13,834 nt of DNA from Promethearchaeota archaeon. Lineage in GTDB: Archaea; Asgardarchaeota; Lokiarchaeia; Sigyniarchaeales; SOKP01. Location: positions 1 to 13,834 of the forward strand of contig JBHLME010000120.1 of assembly GCA_048938445.1 (NCBI GenBank), in the 5' to 3' direction. Shown piece after piece: positions 6,524 to 13,834 of this stretch. A program made the translations under genes and the position numbers. The notes below the pieces were generated by a model. The model searched no databases. It was not told where the DNA came from and worked only from the letters and a program-made list of their open reading frames with translations. Within the stretch, counting starts at the first letter, position 1; each line of letters begins with the position of its first letter.

Positions 6524-7423
6524 TTAAATCGACTCTTCCAAAATATCAACTAAAGGTGTAGATTTTTTTGAAAAATATTCAAAAATTTCTTCAAATATCT
6601 TTATTGCGTGGTGATCACCTTTAGGCTTACTTCTAATGATAAAATATGGTCCAAGATCTGTTTCTTGAGATGTATTAAGAAAGAAGGTGAGATATTTATT
6701 GTATCTTATCAACATAAAGTTAAATTTTTCAATATCTTGACAAATTAATATTCTTTCCTTGAATTCAGGAATTAACATCATCTCCTTTATTTGGTCATTA
6801 TCTTCAATATTGCTTAAAAATGATAAATCTGTTATCAAGCTTAGATTTATATCCATGAAGAACTGTTTCATATCCATTTTTTCCGTCAATAAATTATTAA
6901 ATGAATTTCGTATGATTTCGAGCGAAATTGGAATTGAATTCCACCCTATTAATTTGAGCACCGTCATATTTTCTCCAATATTATTCTTCATAATGTCAAT
7001 TAATTTATTTCCAAGGTTCATGAATGCCCATTGGTTGCTAAATACTTTGATTCCTTTTAAGTAAGGGATCAATTGAATAAGAAATCGAGGGGGTATCATA
7101 TCACTGGAGACATGCCCAAAAATCTTTCTTGTTTCATTTAACAATTCAATATTTTTGACTTGTTCTAAGATTAATAATCCAAGATAAGAAAGATAATATT
7201 TTTTATCTTGAACATAGATTAAGTTTGAATCCATTAACTTGGTAAGATGATCTTTTACAGTTGTAGTTTTCTCTTCAATCAATTTTGAAGTATCCGTCAA
7301 GTTCAAGCCATTTCTATCATGTTCATATGCTTTAATTATTTTAAACGAGATCTCGTTTGAAATAGCACTTAAAACGCTAACTAAATCTGAAACTGATGAA
7401 TCCACCATCATTAATAATTTCAA
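6524..7423 (-). CDS. Winged helix-turn-helix (ArsR-like) transcriptional regulator with C-terminal effector-type domain (DUF1724/FilR1-like)
   Basis: N-terminal LSAISNEISFKII...LNLTDTSKLIEEKTTTVKDHLTKLMDSNLI...KKYYLSYLG is a wHTH. The following FGHVSSDMIPPRFL resembles the DUF1724-type linker. Start is TTG 7423 or ATG 7411/7408. Confidence 0.75.
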   Translation of the reverse strand: MKLLMMVDSSVSDLVSVLSAISNEISFKIIKAYEHDRNGLNLTDTSKLIEEKTTTVKDHLTKLMDSNLIYVQDKKYYLSYLGLLILEQVKNIELLNETRKIFGHVSSDMIPPRFLIQLIPYLKGIKVFSNQWAFMNLGNKLIDIMKNNIGENMTVLKLIGWNSIPISLEIIRNSFNNLLTEKMDMKQFFMDINLSLITDLSFLSNIEDNDQIKEMMLIPEFKERILICQDIEKFNFMLIRYNKYLTFFLNTSQETDLGPYFIIRSKPKGDHHAIKIFEEIFEYFSKKSTPLVDILEESI

Positions 7424-7460
7424 CTTAATTATTAATAAAAATTTAGGATAAGTTATAAAT

Positions 7461-7476
7461 AAAAAAAATTGAAAAA
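7461..7476 (-). terminator. Oligo-T tract after the hydrolase gene
   Basis: Minus strand TTTTTCAATTTTTTTT starting 5 nt after the TAG stop. Confidence 0.35.
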
Positions 7477-7481
7477 GTTAA

Positions 7482-8921
7482 CTATATTTTTGCTAACCAA
7501 GTTCCTAATTGAGGAAACATACATTCAGGATTGCGAAGTCCAAGGCCAATATCAATATGTGCACTTTCTATGCTGTAGCATTCATCATTTTCGTTTTCGG
7601 TTTTTCCATTTACATAGTCTCTCATGATTTGGTCTGCATCGACTAAATCAAGGATGTCCCCTTCAGCGTCTGCAAGGAAACATATCAAGGGCACTTGGAT
7701 CTTGTCCATGTTATCTGTATAATAGTAATACCCGTCCATATCCCCCGGAATTGGAGGTTCTAACGGGATATTATCAACCATTCCGTTCTTCCAATATTCC
7801 CTGATGCATTGATGAACGTAAAAATCTAGATATTGACTTAATGTCCGATAATACATCCTACCCACGCCATATCTGAAAAAGTAATATAAGATTTCCTCGT
7901 TAACGTTTGTAATGTCCAAATTTCCAGTATTCTTCATAAAATCCGTCAAGGTTTCTCCTAAAATGTCTGCATCGACGATCAATGATAACATGTTTTGATA
8001 AAGCATATCGATTAATTCAATATCCATTAAGGTTCCCATTAGATCCCCCGCCTCTACAATTAAATCCGTGGAAAGCAAGGTCCAAATTAAAACATTATTC
8101 ATCAAGGCAGGTAACACGGGAATCGCGGCAGGATCTATGCCAATGAAACCTGCAACTGTTTCTGGACCTTCAGTGATACCATTCCTCTCATTAGTTAGAG
8201 CATCATATCTTTGAACATGACCATCCGCTCCAAAGGTAGTTCCATGCAAGTACATCATGCTCGTAAGCCCACCAGTACTGTGCCCCCCTATTGCAGGATG
8301 CATTCCCGTAATCTCATGAACTTTCTTTACAGCGGCCTTGACATCGTATAGTGCAAAATGATCCATGCTTGTCCCGCCATCTCCTCCCTCGCTTCTCATT
8401 TCACCATACCCAATGCCTCTATAATTTCCAAACCATGGATCATAGCCCATTTTCCACAAGTAATAAGCTATACTATAATAAAGCAATGGATCGTCTTTAA
8501 TTTTTTCATCTCCTACCGCCCAACCCGCAAGATTTTCTGGTAGTGTGATGTCAAATTTTTCTTTCATAGTAGGAGTAGAGTAGGACAAAAATACGTTGAT
8601 ATTACAGCCTAATCCTGGAAAAAGTAATACTGGTTGAGCACCATCATTAAATGTCTCTCCTGGAGCATGATATCTAAATACCTTGACTATAATATTGTCG
8701 TCAGTTCTAGCATTAAAAATTTGTCCAATTCCATTATAAAATCCCATATCTTCAACCAATTCGTCAGTCATATCTTTTGTTAAATCATCAGTCATATTCT
8801 CAGAATTACCATTTTGTAATGAATAAATTACGCTATTTGTTATTGATAGAGAAAGAAATGAAGAAAATAAAAAAGTGACAACGAATATGGTTGATTTTAA
8901 GTTATTCCTATTTCTATTCAT
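7482..8921 (-). CDS. Exported or membrane-anchored alpha/beta-hydrolase (lipase/esterase-like)
   Basis: Basic N-terminus plus hydrophobic segment (signal peptide); oxyanion region VLLFPGLG, GYDPWFGNYRG, FALYDVKAAV, nucleophile elbow GHSTGG, candidate Asp in ADAEGDILDLVD and His in SAHIDIGLG. Confidence 0.85.
   Translation of the reverse strand: MNRNRNNLKSTIFVVTFLFSSFLSLSITNSVIYSLQNGNSENMTDDLTKDMTDELVEDMGFYNGIGQIFNARTDDNIIVKVFRYHAPGETFNDGAQPVLLFPGLGCNINVFLSYSTPTMKEKFDITLPENLAGWAVGDEKIKDDPLLYYSIAYYLWKMGYDPWFGNYRGIGYGEMRSEGGDGGTSMDHFALYDVKAAVKKVHEITGMHPAIGGHSTGGLTSMMYLHGTTFGADGHVQRYDALTNERNGITEGPETVAGFIGIDPAAIPVLPALMNNVLIWTLLSTDLIVEAGDLMGTLMDIELIDMLYQNMLSLIVDADILGETLTDFMKNTGNLDITNVNEEILYYFFRYGVGRMYYRTLSQYLDFYVHQCIREYWKNGMVDNIPLEPPIPGDMDGYYYYTDNMDKIQVPLICFLADAEGDILDLVDADQIMRDYVNGKTENENDECYSIESAHIDIGLGLRNPECMFPQLGTWLAKI
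8745..8797. repeat. Degenerate 24-bp tandem repeat inside the hydrolase N-terminal linker
   Basis: TCGTCAGTCATAT (8761-8773) and TCATCAGTCATAT (8785-8797), plus CATATC at 8745 and 8769; encodes NMTDDLTK/DMTDELVE/DM. Confidence 0.55.
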
Positions 8922-9130
8922 TATAAATTCACACTTTTTTTAATTAGATTCCAGATTAAATATTTCAGATAAATATTATTTTTAGCTGAAAATGTTTAAT
9001 ATAGATATTTGATTTCTAAATATTTAAATCTATTACATGAATAGAGAAATTTCTCCAGAGATTATTGAATATAAATTCAGTAATTTTAGAGTTATTTAAA
9101 AGTTCAGAAATTTACCATAATAATGAAAAA

Positions 9131-9145
9131 TACGGAAGTTCCGTA
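9131..9145. repeat. 7-1-7 inverted repeat (operator-like)
   Basis: TACGGAA-G-TTCCGTA flanked by A- and T-runs. Confidence 0.6.
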
Positions 9146-9265
9146 ATTTTTAAATTAATTTCATAGTGATTTATAAATAATATAAAGGATTTTTCTCCCA
9201 ACATAACATTAGAAAATAATATCACCCCCATAATAGCTGAATGATACTAGAATATATATAAAAAT

Positions 9266-9287
9266 ACGCGAAAGTGTGCTTTCGCGT
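9266..9287. repeat. Perfect 9-4-9 inverted repeat (hairpin or operator)
   Basis: ACGCGAAAG-TGTG-CTTTCGCGT; on the minus strand it is followed by ATTTTT. Confidence 0.7.
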
Positions 9288-9536
9288 GGATTAATTCAAA
9301 AGAAAATATCGATCATGAATTAAATTCCTTTATTTTTAATCCAATAGCATCAAATAAGGGATTTAAGAAACATTTGTGGTAGTCCTTTAATCTTAGCATT
9401 TCTCCAATTTTAATAGAAAAAAAAACCAAGATTTCTCGATGTATATCCTCATATTGATAAATGAGTATTCCTCTTCAATTTTTTTTTATCAAGAGTTAAT
9501 GGAATAAAAGCCAAAGAAGCATTGCTTAATCTCGGA

Positions 9537-12374
9537 TCAGTCGACAATTTGAATTTTTAGAGTTACTAAAGGTTCTGAGAAGGATATTTCATACATCTTT
9601 ATTTCAAATTCTCCCGTTTGATTAGGGGCAATAAAAACCAGTTCACCCTCAACCATATCATCAAATCCCTTCATCTCAGTCACCCGCTCATACATTTCTT
9701 CTTCTGTAGAAAAAAAGGTATTTTGAGGCATTAGACCAACCCATCCATATTCATCAATACGCCGTGCTGTGGTAAATGATACTTTAATAACTTCTCCGGG
9801 TTTGTATTCTTTTTTTGGAACATTAAGTGTATTTAGTCCCTTTTTCACGTGGAATTCTACCGATAAGATTTCTTTCCCACCTGTTTCGGCATCAAACATG
9901 CGTAATTCATATTGTCCTTCATTTTCAGGTGCGGAAAACCTTCCCGTGCCATAAATATTCTTCTCTAAATAAATAAATGTATAATACTTCCCTTCCGCTT
10001 CTTCCGCACTTGTATGCGGTACTTCCTTTGGAAAGAGTCCTATCCAAGCATGAACATCATATGTGTTAGGGGCAAAATATTCAATACTAAAATATTCCAA
10101 TGGTCTCATCTCTTTCTTTGGTAAATTTATTTTAGGAATTATTTTGTTTGGATCTCCTAATGATTTCTCGAAATCTTCTATATTTTTCTTAGTAGTCATG
10201 ATATTTTCTAATACCTTTTCATGATCCGTGATATGACCTCCTTTTTTAAAAAGTTCTGATGCTTGTTGAAGTCTCTTAAGTGCCTCTGTATATTTTTTTT
10301 GCTTGTATAGAAAAATTCCATAAGAATTGAGAATATTTGCGGTGCTATGACCTAAGTTACAACGCATGGCAACTCCATATGCTTTATTAAAGAATTGTTC
10401 TGCTTTCTCAGTATCTCCTTTTTTGACAAAAAGATCTGCCATGTTCTGATATAATGACACTGAATCATAAGGATCTCCGCGCTTTTTAGCGATTTTCACA
10501 GCAGGCCAGAAGAAACCTAAAGCCAATTTAAAAAATCCACCTCGAGTAAAAGATCTGCCCAACTCGGAATAAATATATTGTTGGGATGCTACATCTCCGG
10601 TTAATTCTGCATATTTTCTTGCTTTTTGAAGAGATCCTTGGGCTTTACCATATTTTCCATGTTTTTCATAATATCGTGCTAATTGTTGATATAGTACACA
10701 CAAAGATGTTTGATCATTCATTTCAGAAGCAATCTTGATTGCATCATTTAAATTTTCAAAGGCCTTTTCTAATTCTCCCATATTGAGATACAAAACACCT
10801 ATTCTTCCCAATGCTCCTGCCTTACCCAATAATGCGCCTGCTTTACTATCAATTTTTAATGCTTCTTGATAGTTTTCCAACGCTTTTTCATAGTTCTTAG
10901 AATATTCAAAGATTTGTCCAAATGCTTTCAAAATATATGTTTTTTGTTCTCGGTCTTGGATTTGCTGATTAATTTCAGAGGCCTCTTCATAATATCCTAA
11001 GGCTTTCTCAAGATTCATGTAGACATTAAAATAAACATCTCCTAAAGCAAGGAGATGCCATACCATATCAAGTGGATAATTAATTTCCTTACAGATTTTT
11101 AACCCTTGTTCAAATTTCTGTAATGCTTCTTCATACTGGCTTCGAATATAATCCACGATACCTAATTTCCATAAACAATATTCCCTTGTTTTCAAATTAT
11201 TCGATTGCATTCCTATACGTGCGACTTTTTCTAAATTATTAAAATCACTAGTATCTTCTAAAAGTTGACATGCTAATCGAAATTTAAGTTCTTCTGGTTG
11301 TTCATCAATCACTTTATCGATCCACTCTCTGAAATCGACTTTTGGAACATCTGTAGGCATTTGTTCTGGAAGACTAAAAAATTGGTTTGATAATAGTTGG
11401 GGTATCAACACCTCTGAAAAAAATTCTTGTGTATTTCCTTTAATGCAATATACATCAAAATCATAGCGAGAACTAATTTCTGCAAGAATTTTATCAGTTT
11501 TTTGTGCATAATCTTTCTGTAAACCTTCTTCTTGTTTTAAGATTCGTACTACACTTATTTTATAGTTTTTATGATCAATCCAGATAACTTTTTTAAGATT
11601 AGGAATTTGTCGAAGAGTTGGACTGATATCAAAATCATCACTTCCTGAATATCCCATAACAATAAGAGTTGTGCTTTCTAAGATTTTTGTAAAGACTCTT
11701 CGTTTATATGGTTCTAATGAAAATATATTACTATCTTTCCCCACTCCTAGTGATCTAATCGTAGTTATCAAGGAATCTTTCGTGTCTTTTCCAGTTATGA
11801 TGTTTTTGCACGATCCGTGAATCTTATATAAAGGAAACTTTCCAGTATTTAATAATTGAGATGGATCAGTTATACTTTCAAAATTTTCTCGTGTTATTAT
11901 TGGTGTGATATCTTGATGTTTTTCAGGAGGTAAAAGCTTCATCATTGCTCGTTCAATCATGTAATCAAAATTCGTGGTAATTACAGAATGTTGGCTTAGG
12001 ATAGCAGCTGCTAAGAAATAATGGTTAGAATTTGGATATTTTATCATTTCAAAGAAATCCATGAACTTCAGATTTTTATCAAAAAATTGTTCAATTTTAT
12101 CTACCATCAGTTCATAGCGCATCTGTTTTAGATTTGATAAGATTTCAACTGCTTCTTTTGGAGCATAGGTTTCTAAGAGAATCTTAACAAATTGGGGGGC
12201 TGAAGGTATATAAGTTGGAGCGCCCATAGAAATTCCAGCTCCAACCAAAAATACATATTTTTCATCCATTGGAAAGAGGTTTTTAATTGGATCGGTATAT
12301 TCTCGTGCTATATTTCTCTCGTAAATTCCAGTAATTTTTTTTAAATTATCCTTTAGTCCCATTTTATCATCCAT
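9537..12374 (-). CDS. SIR2-like (SIR2_2-type) NADase domain + about 8 TPR repeats + two tandem C-terminal Ig-like domains
   Basis: FLVGAGIS (G45), ITTNFD (N135), KIHGS (H186), VMGYSGSDDFDI (G241) and IWIDH. Eight roughly 40-aa TPRs span aa 398-715. Two alignable ~98-aa beta-rich repeats occupy aa 747-843 and 848-945. Confidence 0.9.
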   Translation of the reverse strand: MDDKMGLKDNLKKITGIYERNIAREYTDPIKNLFPMDEKYVFLVGAGISMGAPTYIPSAPQFVKILLETYAPKEAVEILSNLKQMRYELMVDKIEQFFDKNLKFMDFFEMIKYPNSNHYFLAAAILSQHSVITTNFDYMIERAMMKLLPPEKHQDITPIITRENFESITDPSQLLNTGKFPLYKIHGSCKNIITGKDTKDSLITTIRSLGVGKDSNIFSLEPYKRRVFTKILESTTLIVMGYSGSDDFDISPTLRQIPNLKKVIWIDHKNYKISVVRILKQEEGLQKDYAQKTDKILAEISSRYDFDVYCIKGNTQEFFSEVLIPQLLSNQFFSLPEQMPTDVPKVDFREWIDKVIDEQPEELKFRLACQLLEDTSDFNNLEKVARIGMQSNNLKTREYCLWKLGIVDYIRSQYEEALQKFEQGLKICKEINYPLDMVWHLLALGDVYFNVYMNLEKALGYYEEASEINQQIQDREQKTYILKAFGQIFEYSKNYEKALENYQEALKIDSKAGALLGKAGALGRIGVLYLNMGELEKAFENLNDAIKIASEMNDQTSLCVLYQQLARYYEKHGKYGKAQGSLQKARKYAELTGDVASQQYIYSELGRSFTRGGFFKLALGFFWPAVKIAKKRGDPYDSVSLYQNMADLFVKKGDTEKAEQFFNKAYGVAMRCNLGHSTANILNSYGIFLYKQKKYTEALKRLQQASELFKKGGHITDHEKVLENIMTTKKNIEDFEKSLGDPNKIIPKINLPKKEMRPLEYFSIEYFAPNTYDVHAWIGLFPKEVPHTSAEEAEGKYYTFIYLEKNIYGTGRFSAPENEGQYELRMFDAETGGKEILSVEFHVKKGLNTLNVPKKEYKPGEVIKVSFTTARRIDEYGWVGLMPQNTFFSTEEEMYERVTEMKGFDDMVEGELVFIAPNQTGEFEIKMYEISFSEPLVTLKIQIVD

Positions 12375-12600
12375 ACCTATTATAATAATCCTTAGTGTCC
12401 TATAATTACTAAAATCCTTTTATCTTTTTTTAAATTAACCGTAAAAAAAATGAATTCTTTCAATTTCTTCTTTTCTTATAAATAAGAGAAAGAGGGGTTT
12501 TATTTGAGGATTATTAAAATTTCTATGTCAAATGTATGATACTAATATAATGAAATCGAGCTTTCACGAAAATGATTTGAAAATTTCCATAATTAAAACA

Positions 12601-12619
12601 AAAATAAATTAAAAAAAAA
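12601..12619 (-). terminator. Oligo-T tract after the EEP gene
   Basis: Minus strand T9-AATTTATTTT immediately after the stop at 12622, suggesting the SIR2-TPR gene is transcribed separately. Confidence 0.45.
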
Positions 12620-12621
12620 GA

Positions 12622-13834
12622 TTAAATACTCGTCATATTTATTGTAGCGAATAATGCCGGATGATCAGATTCATATCCTCCAGTATAATGGATACTCGTT
12701 AATGAAGCATTTAAATGATGCGAGACAAAAATATGGTCAATTCGTTCACTAGGTATTTCTCGTTCTCCTGGGAGGACAGGATCGACGATTGCTTTAGATG
12801 GATCGGCAGCAAATACAAGTTCCCAGGCATCATATAATTGATCAACAGTTATATTATATTGTTCTGTATTAGGTTCAAAATTAAAATCTCCCATCAGTAA
12901 GACATTTTCTTTTCCCGCAGTTACTGTTAAAATGTTCTCCTGTTGGACAATTTGAGTTCTATCTCCAGTAGAAGTATTTTCATAATTGCCTAGATGAGTA
13001 ACAAACACATTAAACATCGTAGTTCCAACAGTAATTTGAGCCCAAATAGTTGCTGCTTGTTCACCAATACATTGCATGTAAAATGTGCGAGCATTACAGA
13101 TTGGATACTTCGATAATAATGCGATACCAAACGTGTTAGTAACTGTTTTAGGACCATAGTAAGAGTAGTATCCAAGAGTATTGCTGACATATCTTACAAA
13201 GTCTTTATTTCCATTTGCAATTCGAGTAGTATCAGACTCCTGTAAGCCAATAATATCTGGATTTAAACTTCTTATGAGAGCACATTGCCCTTCAAAGTTC
13301 ATGCTTCCACCATCAGAAGCCCCTTGTTGAATATTGTAAGTTAAAATTCTCAGAGTGTTCACGTCAGTCGAAGGTTGAATGAATGGTACTTCCAGAATAA
13401 TTCCTCCAATAATCGTTCCAACAGCAATTATTGCCAAAACGCTCAGTTTCTTGAGTTTAATTGTTATATCTTCACGAGAAGATTTGGTAAAAACAATAGA
13501 AGGTCTTTTTACTATTAAGAGAGGGAATATAATCACGACTCCAACAATTAAAAACACTAACCATATCATGTCCTTGAATAACCGTCCAATAAGAGGTATG
13601 TAATCCCATGTGGGAACAAAGACCGCAGAAAAGATTACCAACATGAGGAATAATGCTGATAGAGAAAAAGAAGTACCCATGCTTCTAATTGAGGGTCTTC
13701 TACTAAATATTTGTCGAATGAGCATTGTAAAATCAATGAATATAATTGGTGATAATATTAACATTATGTACAAGATTACATGATTAAATACAGTCGTGTC
13801 CGGTGCATAATAATGGTATGATGGTATAAAAATA
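12622..13834 (-). CDS. Polytopic membrane protein with C-terminal endonuclease/exonuclease/phosphatase (EEP) domain, Cwh43/PGAP2IP-like; 5'-truncated by the window edge
   Basis: EEP motifs TYNIQQG, DIIGLQE, GIALLSKYPI, VTHL, LLMGDFN, RIDHIF and SDH, preceded by at least 4 TM helices. The frame stays open upstream of the ORF-track TTG (IFIPSYHYYAPDTTVFNHVI) to the window end. Confidence 0.88.
   Translation of the reverse strand, partial: IFIPSYHYYAPDTTVFNHVILYIMLILSPIIFIDFTMLIRQIFSRRPSIRSMGTSFSLSALFLMLVIFSAVFVPTWDYIPLIGRLFKDMIWLVFLIVGVVIIFPLLIVKRPSIVFTKSSREDITIKLKKLSVLAIIAVGTIIGGIILEVPFIQPSTDVNTLRILTYNIQQGASDGGSMNFEGQCALIRSLNPDIIGLQESDTTRIANGNKDFVRYVSNTLGYYSYYGPKTVTNTFGIALLSKYPICNARTFYMQCIGEQAATIWAQITVGTTMFNVFVTHLGNYENTSTGDRTQIVQQENILTVTAGKENVLLMGDFNFEPNTEQYNITVDQLYDAWELVFAADPSKAIVDPVLPGEREIPSERIDHIFVSHHLNASLTSIHYTGGYESDHPALFATINMTSI

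Noticed and set aside
6237-8543. Short ORFs 6237..6437, 6759..7064 and 8358..8543
   Set aside because: Each lies entirely antisense within a longer motif-bearing gene.
9313-9474. Minus-strand open frame of about 53 codons (RGILIYQYEDIHRE...KIKEFNS) downstream of the Sir2-TPR gene, considered as a small partner gene or remnant
   Set aside because: No start codon at its 5' end (only internal TTG/ATG), no SD and no recognisable motif; cannot be distinguished from chance.
8922-9536. Long intergenic region as CRISPR array, tRNA or IS/MITE
   Set aside because: No regularly spaced direct repeats, cloverleaf, terminal inverted repeats or transposase fragment visible.
9537-12374. Assignment of the Sir2 protein to Avs, Thoeris ThsA or a CobB-type deacylase
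   Set aside because: No STAND Walker motifs, no SLOG/Macro domain or neighbouring TIR gene, and no sirtuin zinc-binding Cys pairs.
9769-13603. Short ORFs 9769..9954, 12990..13190 and 13379..13603
   Set aside because: Nested in or antisense to the Sir2-TPR and EEP genes; no independent support.
9537-13834. EEP gene and Sir2-TPR gene as a two-gene nuclease/NADase defence operon
   Set aside because: They are separated by about 250 bp with a strong oligo-T tract after the EEP stop, and the EEP protein looks like a membrane lipid enzyme; linkage is unsupported without synteny data.

Overview
AT-rich archaeal window, most likely Asgard/Lokiarchaeia (inferred from CarS, a GAGGTGA ribosome-binding site, oligo-T terminators and protein style). 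The left half is a Mo/W-cofactor and tungstate-uptake neighbourhood on the minus strand: tupA-tupB-tupC, carS, moaC and the first 16 codons of moaA at the window edge. Next to it are an atypical protein-kinase-fold gene and a divergent Cys-rich DUF166 gene. The right half has a winged-helix regulator, an exported alpha/beta-hydrolase, a 615-bp intergenic region with two inverted repeats, a 945-aa SIR2-TPR-(Ig-like)x2 protein and a 5'-truncated membrane EEP protein resembling eukaryotic Cwh43. Main observations: (1) a stand-alone Sir2 NADase with intact catalytic residues, a TPR solenoid and two tandem SKICH-like beta-sandwich repeats, a candidate one-gene immune sensor-effector; (2) two matching ModE-box-like 28-bp sites upstream of tupA and moaC; (3) tupC has no ATG/GTG/TTG upstream of its Walker A and appears to start at ATA behind a perfect SD; (4) a Cwh43-like protein that retains the EEP catalytic motifs. 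All assignments come from motif recognition by eye; no searches were run.
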